Positions 30,072-51,672 of a DNA stretch of 64,000 nt are shown here, piece after piece; position 1 is the stretch's first letter; each line of letters opens with the position of its first letter. The notes under the pieces were generated by a model. That model was not told the DNA's origin. It made no database searches and was given only the letters and a program-made list of their open reading frames with translations. Origin of the DNA: the human T2T-CHM13v2.0 reference genome, Homo sapiens; NCBI RefSeq assembly GCF_009914755.1, contig NC_060931.1; one strand, written 5' to 3'. The position numbers and the translations under genes are program-made.

Positions 30072-30550
30072 CAGAGGGGTTACAGTTTTTTTTTTATAAA
30101 ACACCATATTTTAATTGTTTTTTATCTATTATTTTTGAATTGTAATAGTTCTTTTTATGTAGCAGATATTCCTATATTCTGAATAGAAGTCCCTTGCTGG
30201 ATAAATGATTTGCAAATATGTATTTCCAGTCTATGGCTGTCTTTCCATTTTATTAATAATGTCTTTGGAAGTGCAAATATTTTAAATTTTGATTACATTC
30301 AGTTTATCAATTTAGAACTAGAAATACCATTTGACCAAGCAATCCCATTACTGAGTATTTGGTTTTGCAAGTCGTATGGTGTGTACTGCAGTATCCAACT
30401 CCACTGTGTAGTGTGAAAGCTTCCACCAGTATTAGGTAAATGCATAATTGTGGTTGTATTCCAATAAAATTTTATTTGTTCCTCTCCCCCATCCCCCACA
30501 AAATGGTGGCAGGCTGGATTTAGCCAATGGGCTGCAGTTTTTTACTCCAG
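30072..30550 (+). mobile_element. MER58A-like hAT MITE split by a 246-bp insertion (30113-30358)
   Basis: Left end cagagggg..ttttt.ataaa; right part tgtagtgtgaaagc...ttccaataaaattttattt...ggcaggctggatttagcc. Confidence 0.7.
30113..30314 (+). repeat. Dispersed 202-bp direct copy of 29228-29429
   Basis: Identical except at 29382C/30267G and 29393C/30278T; constant offset of 885 bp. Confidence 0.97.
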
Positions 30551-31934
30551 GCTTAACATATGGTCTATCCTAGAGAATTGTCTATGCAAAGGAATATGTA
30601 TTCTGTAGTAGTTGGATGGAATATTGTATATACAGCAAGTTAGCTTGACAGTGTTGTTTAAGTATTCTGTATTCTTGGGAATTTTTTCCTGGGTATTCTA
30701 TCAATTACTGAAAATAAGATATTGAAATATTCAAGTATAATTGTTACATTTTTCTTTTCCTTCTTTAGATTCTGTCAGTTTTTGCTTCATATATTTGGAG
30801 TCTGTGTAGTTAGGTGAATATGCATTCTTAATTGCTATCATACTAATATTTTGACTTTCTTATCATTATGAAATGTCTCTGTTTTACTCTAGCAGTATGT
30901 TTTATCTTAAATCCTATTTTGTTTCTTAAAATAGCCATTGCCTCTGTCTTTTGGATAATGTTTGTGTGGTATATCTTTTCATATTCTTTTACTTTCAAAT
31001 AATTTGTGTCTTTGAATAGGAGTGTTTCCTATAGATTGTGTATAGTTGGATATTGTTTTTTTTTTTCCCAATCTGACAATGTCTGCCTTTTGTGGGAGGT
31101 ATTTAAACTGTCCCACATTTAATGTAATTATTGATATGGCTGAAGTAACATTGACTGTTTTGCTATTTTTTACATAATGTCTCCTGTGTTTCTTGTATCT
31201 GTTTCTACTTGGCAGCCTTATATATTAAATGAATAATTTGAAGTATACTGTATTTAATGTTTTATCTATTTTTTTTAGTTATGTTCTTACTGGCTAGTCT
31301 AAGGATGATAGTATACGTCTTGATGCTAACTTAATTCTAGAAAAGTGTTGTAATCTTGCCCTAATATGGCTCTATTTCCTCCCTTTTTCTTTGTGCTATT
31401 ATTACCATATATATTGCATTTTATATGCTATAAATCCAATAAGGCATATTTTAAGTTTCACTTTATACACTTTTAAATCTTTTAAAGAAGATAAGAAAAT
31501 ATATCAAAAAGACATATCCACAGTCTTAAATAGTAATCCATACAATTGTCATTTCTGACGCATATCTGTCCATATGAAAAATGTGAGAAAATTTTGGCCA
31601 TTATTTACTCAAATACTTTTTCTGGTCCTATCTATCTTTCCTTTTCTTTTGGTCTTCCATTACGTGTATGTTGAAACTCTGATCTTATCGCACAAGTCTG
31701 AGTTCTTGCTCATTTTTTTTAGTCTTGTTTTTTTCTATTTTTGGATTGGATAATCTTTATTGATCTATGTGTTCACTGACTCCTCTGCCATTTTGAATCT
31801 GGTGTTGACCCCTCTAGTGAATTTTTCCTTAATTTCTTGTAATCTTTAACTGATTTATTTTTTTTATAATTTTTATCCCCTTCTTCAGAATCCCCACTTA
31901 CTAATGTGGTTGTCAGACTTTTCTTTAATTCTTT

Positions 31935-38213
<6,279 letters not shown>

Positions 38214-38534
38214 TCTTTAATTCTTTAAACTTGGTTTTCGTTAGTTCTTTGATGATGTTTATAATAGCTGCATTTAAATTTTTTCTTCTAAATCTAGCAT
38301 CTGAGAACACTTATGAACAATTTCTTTTGACTGCTTTTTCCTCCCCAGTTATGGGGAGAAACTTTCTTGTTTCTTTGCATGCCTTAAAAATTTATATTGA
38401 GAACTGCACATTTTAGATAATTGTAGCAGGTCTGGATTCTGATTCTCCCTCCCCTGTGGTGGTTATTGTTGCCAATTTGTAAAAAGTTTATTTGTTTATT
38501 TTGTGTTTGTGTCTTACTTATTTGCCTGAGATAA

Positions 38535-38933
<399 letters not shown>

Positions 38934-40458
38934 TAGGCTAGTTGCTAGTGAGTGACTGGGCACAAGTTGTGCTCAACCACCTGAGGCCAACAAGGTTTTT
39001 GTCTTTGCAAATGTATCTGTGTGTGGGTAGTGAAGAAATTAGAAGTTCAGGCTATTTTCATGTTAGCCTAACTTTACTGGCTCCTTTTGTGTCTCTCCTA
39101 TGTGCATGTGGACAGCCTCTGGGTTCACAAAGAACATGTGGCTGGCCTGGGCCCTCTCCAATCTCAGCTGCACATACATGCAGCCGCAGCTATATGCATG
39201 CTACATCCACGTAATTCCAGTCTAGTAGAGGCCAGATACTGGAGGAATTGGCTTTTTCTGTTTGTTTGGCTCCCAAATAATCAGGTATATCAACAGTGTC
39301 ACTGGACCTGGGCATTACCCAATGGTCCAAATTGTTTGCATCCTCTTCAGCTGGGGCAGAGAAGCTGCTGATCCTCATGGTCTGCCCTTCCTGCCAGTAG
39401 TTGCATGTTTTCGAAACTAGGGAGAGTGGGGAGCAGCCTATGGCTGGAATGCCACTGATTATCAGTCTTCTTATCCTAAGTTTAGCAATTTGTCAGCTAA
39501 AAGTGCTTCTTAGATTGTGGTATGCTTTTTGTTCAATTTTCAGAATTTTGAAATGGCTATTTTTGTTAATTTTGTCCAGATTCATCATTGCTTTTTGAGA
39601 AAACAATTTACCAGTTTCTTCATTTGACCCTAGTTGGAAGTCCTACCCTGGGATTTGTTGTTGTTGTTGTTGTTTTTCTTGTATTTTACTTCAGAAAATA
39701 AAATTTTACATTGAAATGAATTAAATTTGATAAACCTTCTACTTTATCATAATGCATACATGTGTTTACTTAAAACGATCATTTTGCTTTGCCAGTTCTA
39801 GAAACTCTCTACATTCTTGTATTTATTTTGCTGGAGTTTGCTGGCATGAGAACATGAGCCTTCATGTTCATGCAGAGGTTCTAAGATTGGATAAACTGGT
39901 GTCATGACAAAAATTTCATTTATTTCTCATATAATTATTAGATTGTTCTCAGAAAGACTGCATATCATTGCAATTTCTCTTTTAAATCCTCCTATTCATT
40001 TGGTTTCACATTAAATATATATATATTCATTTCCATAAATCTGTCCATATCCATGCAGTACAAAGGTCAAAATTACTCACTGTCGATGAAGAGTGGGGAA
40101 GCTTATGATTTATCCTGTGATTCTAAAATGGCAGACTTTGTTGAAAAAAAGTCTCGTATTGGACATTTTCCCCTGAATTTTGAGTTTATTTATCATTGCC
40201 TCTTCTGGTTCCTTACCCCAGGGAATCTTGGTAAAGCATGGAGCAGGAAACTGAGGATAAGAACCTTGCGTACTACTTTTCTTACTAAGGGAGTTGAAAT
40301 CAGTATAATCAAGAATGACCAACACTACTTTTTTCTCACACATCCAACATCATGAATTCCAATATAACTCCTGAAATATCTGCATTGCCTAGCCATATTT
40401 CTGTACTAATTAGATTATCCAGCCATACAGGAAATTTTGTGTTTATTTTTTGAAGCTA

Positions 40459-42488
40459 GCACATCTTACGTGGCCAGAGAAGGAGAAAGAGTGTCAAGGG
40501 GAAGGTGCTACACATTTGTTAACAACCAGATCTCATGAGAACTCACTCACTATCACAAGAATAGCAACAGGGAAACCTGCCCCATGATCAAATCATCTCC
40601 GGCCAGGCCCTTCCACCAACATTGGGGATTACAATTTGACATGATATTTGGGCAGGGACACAAATCTAAATCATATTATTTCATAACTGGCCTCTCCCAT
40701 ATCTCATGTTTTTCTCACACTGCAAAACACAATCATCCCTTCTCAAGATTCCCCCATGTCTTAACTCATTTCAGCATGAACTCAAAAGTCCACAGTCCAG
40801 AGTTTCATCTGAGAAAAGTCAAGGCCCTTCTGCATGAGCCTGTAAAATAAAAAACAAATTAGTTACTTCCAAGATACAATGAGAGTACAGACATTGGGCA
40901 AATACACCTGAACAAAAAGGAAGAAATCAGCTAAAAGAAAGAGGCTACAGGCCCTGAGCAAGCCCAAAACCCAGCAGAGTAGTCATTAAATTTTAAAGCT
41001 CCAAAATAATCTCCTTTGATTCCATGTCCCACATTCAGGCCACACTGAAGCAAGGGGTAGATTGCAAGGCCTTGAGCAGCTCCGCCCCTGTGGTTCTGTG
41101 GGGCTCAGCTCCCAAGGCTGCTTTCAAGGGCTGGCATTGAGTGCCTGTGGCTTTTCCAGGAGCGCAGTGCAAGCTGTCAGTGGATGTACCATTCTGTGGT
41201 TTGGAGGGTGGTAGCCCTCTTCTCACAGTTCTACTAGGCAGTGCCCCAGTGGGGACTCTGTGTGGGTGCTCAAATCCCACATTTCTCTTCTACACTGCCC
41301 TAGTAGAGGTTTTCCACGAGAGCCACGTCCATGCAGCAGACTTCTGTTTGGACAGCCAGGTGTTTCCATACATCCTCTGAAATCTAGGTGGAGGCTCCTA
41401 AGCCTCAACTCTTGCCCTCTGTGCATCCGCAGGCTTACTGCCATGTGGAAGCCACCAAGGCTTACTGCTTGCACTCTCTGGACCAGTAGCCTGGGATTTA
41501 TCTGGGACAATTTAACCATGGCTGGAGCTGGAGCAGCTGCAACACAGTGAGCAGTGTCCTGAGGTTATGCAGGGCAGTGGGGCCCTGGGCCTAGCCCACA
41601 AAATCATTCTTCCGTCCTAGGCTTCCAGGCCTATGATGCGAGGGGGGCTGCCTAGAAGGTCTCTGAAATGCTTTTGAGGCATTTTCCCCATTGTCTTGGC
41701 TATTAACATTCAGCTCTTCTTTACTTATGCAAATTTCTTCAGCCATTCCTCCTCAGAAAATGTGTTTTTCTTTTCTACCATGATGTCAGGCTGCAAATTT
41801 TCCAAACTTCTATGCTCTGTTTCCCTTTTAAATAAAAATTTTAATTTCAGATCATGTCTTCGCTCATGCATAACAAAACTGAACTATGCTCCAGTTTCCA
41901 ATAAGTTTCTCATCTCTATCTGAGATCTCCTCACCCTTGACTTATTGTCTGTATCACTATCAGCATTTTGGTCACAGCAATTTAACAAGCCTCTAGGAAG
42001 TTCCAAACTCCCTTATTTTCCCATCTTCTCCTGAGCCCTCCAAACTGTTCCAACCTCTGCCCATTATCCAGTTCCAAAGCTGCTTTCACATTTTCAGGTA
42101 TCTTTATTGCAATGCCCCTCTGTCTGTACCAATTTTCTGTATTAGTTTCTTTTCACACTGCCATAGAGAAAAGAAGTTTAACAGGCTCACGGTTCCACAG
42201 GCTGTACAGGAAGCATGGCTAGGGAGGTTTCAGGAAACTTACAATCATGGCAGAAGGCAAAGGGGCAGTGGGCACGTCTTACATGGCCAGAGCAGGAGGA
42301 AGAGAGTGAAAGGGGAAGTGCTACACACTTTTAAACAAACAGATCTCACAAGAACTCACTATCATGAGAAAAGCAAGGGGGAAATCGGTCACCATGATCC
42401 AGTTACCTCCCACCAGGCCCCTCCTCCAACACAGGTGATCACAATTTGATATGAGATTTTGGTGGGGACACCAACACAAACCATATCA
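40459..42488 (-). mobile_element. MSTA MaLR provirus: 5' LTR 42138-42488, internal region 40679-42137, truncated 3' LTR 40459-40678
   Basis: Two homologous LTR copies (ccagatctcatgagaactcact; ccaggccc..ccaaca; aaaccatatca). MaLR-int motifs gctccaaaataatctcctttga and ggcagtgccccagtggggactctg. gaaaattggtac follows the 5' LTR on the - strand. Confidence 0.9.
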
Positions 42489-42684
42489 GACCTCCACTTG
42501 TCTGAACTATGTTTAAGAAACTAATATATAAGTGACTTAACATTCTACCTCTTTAATTAGAGTACCTACAGTGCACCCATAAGATGATTACTTTTAAATT
42601 GAAATTAATTAAAGAAATATGTGTTTGTACAGGAAAATATATAAAGCATATTTGGAAAATTTATGACATGTATCTCTTGGACTT

Positions 42685-43060
42685 CATGCTAAGCAACTAT
42701 AACAAAGAAACCTCAACTTACAGTGGCCCAGACAAGACACATTTTTTCCTCTCGCTAAATTCATGTCAGTGGGCTGTGCATCATCAGGCCAACCAAGGCC
42801 TTGGGTTCTTTCCACCGTGCCACCATCACCATCATCATGGTTGATGTTGACTCATCAGCACCGTATCTACATCCTAGCTCAAGGGAAGTGGAGAAAAACA
42901 AAATCCAGGTCAAGTGGCTTGCTGTATTTCAACATGACCCAGAAATTGTGCATTCCATTGAGCTGAGTTTGTTGCATGTCCACATTGAGGTGCATGGAAG
43001 GCTGAGAAATATCTTGATCTGAATGCCCATTAACCCACCTAGGAGACTGCTTTATGACTG
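42685..43060 (-). mobile_element. Old MLT1-type LTR remnant
   Basis: taacaaaga..cctcaa..tacagtggc; tgcatggaaggctgagaaat. Confidence 0.5.
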
Positions 43061-43879
43061 TTCTCCAATAATATAAATAACACATGCTTCCTGTAGAGCA
43101 TTTGGTTATGCAAAATGGTAAAATAAGTAAAGAAAATCCATCATTAATTTCATTTTTGAGATATTGACAGTCATACTTTTTTGTGTGTTTTTCTTCCTAG
43201 GTAGTTTTTTAACATACCTGTGCAATTCTCTGAATACACATTGTCATTTTACCATTGCTATACTATGAACTTTTCTCCATGTGATTAATTGACTTTAGTG
43301 AACCTCATTTTAATAGCTAACACATGGATGAACTCTTACTTAAATGAGTGATATATTCTCCTACTGTGAAACATTAACCTGTTTCCAGATGCTTACTATT
43401 ATAAATAAGTTGTTACATGCATTTATATTTTCAGTGTTTTCTAGGGTAAGTTCTTAGGAAAGTAATTACTGCCAAATTGGTGTTCAAAAAGTTATGCCAA
43501 TTTTTACTCCCACCAGCAATATATGAGATGACATATTGAGAATTACTGAGAAAATGGCCTTAACTTTCTGGGTATTTTTTTTTTTATTTGAGAACTCATT
43601 GTTTTTGAAGTGACGATTGGAAATAAAAACCCCTCGTTTTTCTCTACAATACACAAAAGTACACATGAACACTTTTCCAGCAAGAAAATAGTTTTAAAAT
43701 CAATTTGATTTAATGGTTTATATTTTATAATTTGTTGGCATGTTTATTACCCACGAGCAGTTCTTTGAATGGTCTCTACATGTTATTTACCCTTTTTTCT
43801 CTATTATATTTTTATTATTTTGTTTTAAACTAACATATATTAGTTCTTTATAGTAAGTATATCAACCTCTACCCAGTAG

Positions 43880-44195
<316 letters not shown>

Positions 44196-44249
44196 TGGAA
44201 TTTTTTAATGCTAGTTTTCCTTCTTTAATGCTCTTTTCCTTCTTTACAG

Positions 44250-44342
44250 CATGGAGGAGTGTGAGGCTCTTTGCACAAGACTGGCCATAATGGTTAACGG
44301 CAGCTTCAAATGTCTTGGTTCTCCTCAGCACATCAAAAATAG
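44250..44342 (+). CDS. ABCA13: ABCA13 coding exon (93 nt, phase 2 to 2): (S)[30 protein letters not shown](R)
   Basis: cttttccttctttacag| acceptor and AATAG|gtgcgt donor. AG+C completes the Ser of the ABCA motif [12 protein letters not shown]. Too short to appear in the ORF track. Confidence 0.97.
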
Positions 44343-45690
44343 GTGCGTTGAAGTTCTCCTTTTGCTTAGATATTTACTATGAAATCAATAGCATGATGCA
44401 GGGTTATGACTGGAGATGCTTTAGAGGCAAGTATGTTCCAATTACCTGCTGGCATAAAATAGGAGATGAAGGCTCTGAGGGGATAAAATACTGTGGCTAG
44501 TAAGTCAAACACATAGCAACTCCCAAACACAGTCTAGTGTTCTCCCTGTAAGGGAGACATTTTGCTTTTCTCTTGCCAGGTAGACATTGCTCCCTCCTTG
44601 TAGTGACATTGGTAGGGGTGAGAATAAGATTGCAGAGTCAAGATGATGACAGGACACAAAATGTCCTCTTTACACACAAAATGCCTTATGAAAAGGCTGT
44701 GCTGATATGTCCCTCATCTGCAGTGAATCAAAGTTCCCATTTTATCCTACCAAACACTATCCTTTTGAAAAAGACCATCAATTTATAAGGGTAGGAGAGG
44801 GTTGTTATGGTTGCTTTCCATTTGGATTATGAAAGACTAAAGACTTCTTTCCTGTGCTCATTGATCCTTTATATTTCTTCCTGGTTAATTCTCTTCATGT
44901 ATTTTCTTTATTTCCTTTTTGGAATCTTAATAATTTTGTTATCAATTTGTGTGAGCATTGTTACATCCTGGTATAACATTAAAAAAATTAAAGTTGCCTA
45001 AATACACGTCCAATTTTCCTTTGATTTGTTTAACCTGTCATTCTATGTAGAATAATTTATTCATTTATGTTGATAAATCTCTTATTTTCATTTATTCAGT
45101 GTTTTTAAGGTTAGGATTCTCAAGCAGAGATTTGGTAAATAGTCATATGTAAATTTTAAATACTTTTAATTTATGGAGAAAATAGCTGATGCTCAGGATT
45201 GAGATGACATAGTAGGGAGTGAGTGTCCATTTTTAGAGTTAGGCACTGCTGGGATGGTCAGCCTCACAGTTGCTTGCTGCTTCGGGTCAACCACTGGTCA
45301 GATGCACCTACTGGAAACTATTCTCGGTATGTACTCTGCCCATCTTTAATAAGTATCATCAAAAGAAAAATAATATTTCATGGTCTCCAACCTTTATGAA
45401 TGCCTACATAAAGTTTTATAACCCATTCTTGATTGTTGGGTGATTTATGTCTGATTTATGTTTACAAAAGTTTCCCACAAGAGCCAGCAGGACGAAGCAC
45501 ATGGGGATAGGTTTTCTCTAGCTGTTGCATTCTACATACTGGAAAATCTGTGCCTACTTCGGAGTTTGGGTTCCCATAATGTGATATATGGGTTGAGCAT
45601 GAATTGTTAGTGGATATGAACTGTAGGACTATATTAAACAAGAAATGGCTTGTGGGTTATTCACTGAAACATCAAACTTAATAAAATTTA

Positions 45691-46009
<319 letters not shown>

Positions 46010-47391
46010 AAAATAATTTGTAAAATGCTTATTCTCCTATAACTATAAACCTATAATAAACAAACACATGATGATGCCTGTTTCTATAATATTGAGATAA
46101 AGAATAAAGGATTGATCATGACATAGATGGTAACAATAACTAGATTTTTCATAAACTTCGGCATCCATACCTGGGAGTTAGCAACATCAGAACCCATTTC
46201 TCTGACGTGGAGGTGTTGAGATGGATGAGAGAACTTGTAGTGGGTCTCCTTCCTCCTCCTCTCCATCCCTTTCTTTCCATGAACATGAATTGTTAGGAAC
46301 GTGAATAAGGAAGAGTAGGGTCTGGGTGAGGGAAGAGGTTCTGAGGAGATAACTCAGGAGAAGGCGAGGGTTTTGGAGGGAAGATTATGGCTGAATTTGG
46401 GCAGGGATCTGGGTGTCAGGATTTCCCCGTGGAGAGGCAGGAGGCTGGTGAGGAGGGTCCCAGGCTTGGGCTGGGAGACATCTGCCCAGAGGGAGAACGG
46501 AAGAGAGGAGCTACAGAAATCCCACAGAGGGGGGACCCAGAGGGCAGGGCTTGGGCTTCAGAGACCAGCTCCCCTTGGGAGGGGCAGGTGCAACAAGAGC
46601 CTGCAATGAGAGCCTAGTGGAGTGAAGCCAGGAGAGCACGAGGGTTTAGTCACCTTTAGCTTCTGAATTGCAGTGCTGACCTTGACCTCATGAACAGTCG
46701 GGAACCCTTCAGTGCAGGTCTCAGCAAATTCGCCCGTGACAGGAAGCTGAGGCTTGCACCTGCTACGTCAGTTCACTCGGACAAAGCAGCCATTTTTCAG
46801 GGTGAAGTGGGGAAAGTGGAAAAGGAATGTAAGGATCAGAAAAATGAGGAGCCACAGAAATATAGAGGGAAGAATGTCCGTGGCAAGTAGGGACAGATAC
46901 ATAAGAGGAGAAAACAAAATAGAAAGTGAAGTGAAATTTCCCAAACCAAAGAACTTTTCCTACCTCACTCTCTGCCCCAGGCACAGCCCTCAGAGAAATG
47001 GGGCCTCAGATGAGAAACAGCTCTTCCATGGGACTTCAGACCCCACCTGGGCTCCCTGAGTTCATCCCACCTTCCTGAGCCTGGGGAGTAAGACCCAAGC
47101 ACAGGGATCACTTTCTACCCCAATCTGCAGGTGGCACTGTCTTTCCTTCCCACCCTCTGTCGGTTCAGTCAGCCCCGTAAACCCATGCCTGACTCTGCTC
47201 TGATTCTCTTCCTTCCTGCTGTGCTCATTTGAGTTGCTTTCTTGGGTCTTAAGCAAAACCTTGGTACATGCACTTCACCATCTGAGAAGGGTTTCCGCAG
47301 AGGACACCAAATCCCATTCCCATGCTCCTAACAGAGCATTAACACCCCAGCATCCTGCTTCATTCCTGGACTGACCTCATCCTTAGCCCAC

Positions 47392-47946
47392 TGTTTTAAA
47401 ATATAGTGTGTTAATAGAAAAATTGAAGTACAATAAGGCCAATAGATCAGGAAACGACTGCCTTTGAAAATACCATGTATTACAGTTTCCAATAATAGGG
47501 GCATGGCACACAGGGTCCCATGAGGGAGCATCAGGTCAGCCAGGAGGCAGAGGGCAGCTGGAAGGAAACCTGAGCAAGGGATTTTATTGTGATTTCTATT
47601 GGAAGGAAGGGGTGAAATAGGGCAAGCAGGCCTAGGATCTGCTACTTTGAATAACTTTAGTGGGCTGTGCAGCATAGGGGTTGTCCCTAGTTGTCTAGTA
47701 CCTGTGCCTGGGGTGACTGGGGGAGGTGGATTGTGGCTTAACATGTGAGAGCCCCTTAGAGGAGGTGTTTGAGATGATGTGTGCTCTGGGTCAGCTGGTT
47801 TGTATTTGAAAAAGTGAATTTATTTGCAAGTTGTTTACTATCTTTAGGAATTGGCTAGCTCTGGGAGGGGCAGTTCTTCCAGAGTCAGCAAGTCCCCACT
47901 TTTTCAAAGTATTAGAATACAGAAGATAATAGGCATGGTTAATACA
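47392..47946 (-). mobile_element. MER74-family ERVL solo LTR
   Basis: taggaattggctagctctgggaggggcagt..tccagagtcagcaag...catggttaataca; TG...CA ends; flanks cccac/cacac. Confidence 0.82.
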
Positions 47947-48630
47947 CACACTCCAGGACTCACTGAGGCTGAGTGGAGCCATAAGGGCAGGGCCAATCAC
48001 ATTCTGCCTGCCTGGAGGAAGCCAGGCTTGCCCACTTTGCAGAGGAAGGCAGGGAGCTCTGGCTGTGCCAAGGGTTCTGAAGTCCCCCTTCTCTTCCTTG
48101 GTACAGACTTTTGTTCTTCCTGGGAATCTTTAATAGCTTGTTTCAGAGCTATTATCTACATAGTGAATTTCCAAACACTTTGAGATTATAGAGTTGTATT
48201 AAAAAGCAAGTTCCTTGGACCCCTGATCTATGGATAACCTAAAGCTCTCTGTGACCGGTCTGTACCAATCATCCATGGAGAAGGGCCTCTGAGAAAAAAA
48301 AATGCAATAGGCCACTATCTAGTGTGTATGTCTATCCATTGATATCAAGTTGTTATGTTAACTGTGATGTTGTTTCTTACCTGAGTCACAATTTAAGAAA
48401 AGTCAATCAATATTAGATCTTTTGCTCGTAAAACTGAGGCTGTTTGCTTCTGACATTTAATATTTCTTTAACAAATGTTTATTGAAACCCAGCAAGGGCA
48501 TGCAGAGGTAGGTCTGATGCAGTTTATGCCTGCTTTGGTACTCACAAGTGCAGAGAGTGAGTCCGGCACATGCCCGGTGACATCACAAGGCCTAACAGGG
48601 CAGGCAACATAGAAAAGGTATCAACTAGAG

Positions 48631-49082
48631 TGTTCCGTGAAAGTGTCATATATGCCAAGTGGCCTCCAAACCCAGGAAAAGCCGAGAAATCAAAGAAGGA
48701 GGAAGACACATCCAGTTTGTTGGTAAAGGGCGATTTCCTGGGGTCACTTATGAATGGAAGTGTGGTCTTGGGAAGCAGCAAGACAGGTAGACCTCTGCAA
48801 CATTACTCCCCAGACCCAGGGCTCTTATATCACAGGGAAAGGGCACCTACCCTAGAGAGACAATTGAAGACACCCCTCCATAACAGGCAAGAGTTTTTCA
48901 TGCGTTATGGGCTATCATTTGTGCAATAACTTAAGGGTTGCCTTGATCTAAAGGCAGGAGCACTTGTTCTTACAGGAAGGACAGGAAGTGAAGTAGGAAT
49001 CAGGAGGCATTTGCGGGCCTAGGCTAACCAGAAGTCAATGTGGTAGATTAGCATCCATGATGCAGTCACTTTTGTCTCCACA
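48631..49082 (-). mobile_element. ERVL solo LTR (LTR62/LTR64-like)
   Basis: Minus strand starts tgtggagacaaaagtgactgcatcatggatgctaatc; TG...CA ends; 5-bp flanks tagag/tggag. Subfamily uncertain. Confidence 0.7.
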
Positions 49083-49377
49083 TGGAGCTCTGAGGAGGAG
49101 GAGGAGGAGGCCTTTTTTAGTTTGAGGAAATAGCGAAATATCTTAGACCTGGAGTACAGGTAAAATTTGGTTAAAAGGGGATTTAATTCTGGATTGTATT
49201 TAGTAACAAAAACATCACTACAGAATTGGAATTTGAGAGCAAGTAAGAGGGACAGATACCAGTCAAAGCAAAGTTTAGATTTCAATATGAAAAATAAAGA
49301 AAATCCTCAGGCTAAGTAAAAGCAGCATGACCATTTTAAATGTTCCTTGAGCAACCCTCGGCTTCATGGTCTTAACT

Positions 49378-49573
49378 TCGTTTCTGCAGCTCAGCACTGT
49401 TTCGTTTTGGGTTGGATAATTCTTGGTTGTGGGAGGTTGTCCTGGGCATGTAAGATGTTTAGCACCATCCCTGGCCTGTGCAGCACCCTCACCCCAATTG
49501 TGACAACTAAAAATATCTCTTGACATTGGCAAATGTCTTTTGGGCAGCAAATTGTCCTGGGTGAGAACCACTG
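49378..49573 (-). mobile_element. MER20 (hAT-Charlie)
   Basis: gatgtttagca..atccctggcct; tgtgacaactaaaaatatctc..gacattggcaaatgtc; gagaaccactg terminus; flanks tcttaact/tctcagct. Confidence 0.88.
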
Positions 49574-51672
49574 TCTCAGCTGTTACTTTGTTCTATGTCC
49601 CCAGAGACATGGAACACACTAGGAAACCTAGTTACAATAATAGTTAGACCAGATTCCAAAAACATTAGGCAGTCAACCCTGTCTTTCCTATGGCCAGATC
49701 TGAAACGTGTCCTGCTCAGTGGCTAAGAGGAGGCAGGTGTATGAAGTAGGAGGATGTCAGCAAATGGGCACAAGGATGGGTAGAGGGCGTTGCACACAGG
49801 GCATTGTCTTACCAGAGGCAAACACTCTGGGCTGTGGAGTGATCTCATTTTGCAGAAGTCCAAGATCCATGAGAAAGGAGTGCCCTCTTCTCCTTTCAGT
49901 CTTAGTACAGCCCTAGTATGAGATGTATGAAGTCATAGTGGAAAGCCAGAGGTCCTGAGAGGAGCTGCAACTCTGCAGGCCAGCATCACTCAGGTGCTTT
50001 CTCATGCTTCTCTAAATACATCCCTACCCCACCTCAGTGCCTGTTCTCACTTGAACACCTTGCTTGGACCACTCCCCATCACTGATTACACAATACTCCC
50101 ACCCACAGACACCGAGGATGATTCTTCCTTTTTCCTTGAGACTTCTCTGGCTTTTTCTTGCTTGGCATTTTCTTCCCTTTGCTTGTGTTTTTTTCTTTAT
50201 AGCAATAATCTTTTCCTCTTCTTTGGCATAAGTTTGCATCCTGCCTGCCAAAAGATCTGTTCGTAGAGTGTTTAATATCCACAATCTTACCTCGTTCCAA
50301 TTCAGTGTTCTGCTCCTAGAGAGCACAGACTTTGTCTTTTATCAGTCCTACTTTTGCGATATGCTCAAGTATCCATGTGATTTAGGAGATAAAATATGAG
50401 GGCAATGACAACCAGTCCAGTCCTGGAGGTCTTGGTGTCTGAAAACCCAGGGGTACCACAATAAAGAGGATATGTGTGGTCCTGAAATGTTTAGGTTTTA
50501 GTTCACCAGGAGGTTTAATACTGCCAAATTCTACATTCATTATTTACTAAGTTGGTGTCCTATGCTCTTCTCAAGCTCTAGATCTTCTTGTTATAGTTCC
50601 TTAAATTATTTTTTTGATACTTCTAAGTAGTTAAACAATGATTTTAACTTTAGATTGGTATTCCAATGTATTTCTAAACTGCTGTATGTGTTCATAAGTT
50701 AAGAACTAACCAAATTAAAGTTTAAAGAATCATGTCTATGGTTTATCACTTCAACAAAATAAGCCAACAATGGATTTCTATTAGTGGGATTTAGCTAAAA
50801 GCATTTTCCTGATGCTGGTTTGGGACCTCATCATGCTTTTCCTGGCTTCAGCCAACACCAACTGCCCCAATCCTGAGTCTGGTGCAGGTGGAAATATTTG
50901 TTCAAAATTGGTAATTGATTTCCCAGAAGGACAGACAGCATCTAGAGTATAGAATTTCGGGGACCCAACCTCATAGGGAAAAGTGTATTTGCTCCCTCCC
51001 TGGTCATCTTGACCTCATTCCAGCGCTTCCCTTCTTCTCTCCCACCCTTGTGACCCTCTGGCCTATTTCAACTGGAGAAATCATCAAGTCCCTCCTTGTC
51101 CCCTCTCCAGCCTGCAGGACTCTTGCTAAGCCTGCAAGGTTGTCACAGAGTGCTCCTCAGATGCATTCTTCAGCTGTCCTTCCTGTGGCATTACCAAAAC
51201 ACACCCTCAAAGGATTATTATTATTTGTTCTTTCTGCCGAACCTTCTCTCTCCTAATCCATTCTCTACTTCTCAGTTTCTCTAGCCTGGACCCAGTTTAC
51301 ACCTGGGCTACACCTGTGCCATTTTCCTCTTGGAGCAGAAGGGGTTAGAATGCTGCTGGATGTCCTCCCTTTGGGCTCAATAAACTCCTGGAAAATTCTC
51401 TTCTCCCCTTTTACTCCCTGGCAAAGGAAAATTTACCCCTTATAAAATCTGTAGAGTGTGTCCTAACGCGCAATACTGGACCATCTCTTAGTGATGTTAT
51501 GTCCCCTTGTCTTGCATCACTATATTCCCTTCTTCTTGCCTTTCTAGCCTATAGATATTCCCCCTTTCCTAATTGTCCTCATCCTCATCTTTTATCTCTT
51601 TTGTCTTCACCATTTATTATAGTCTGTTACCTACTGCTCTGAGCAAGATATATAGATGATCTAGCAATCTGG

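Noticed and set aside
46300-47330. Purine/GC-rich stretch with several 60-100 aa ORFs
   Set aside because: No recognisable domain, no CpG island and no convincing exon structure.
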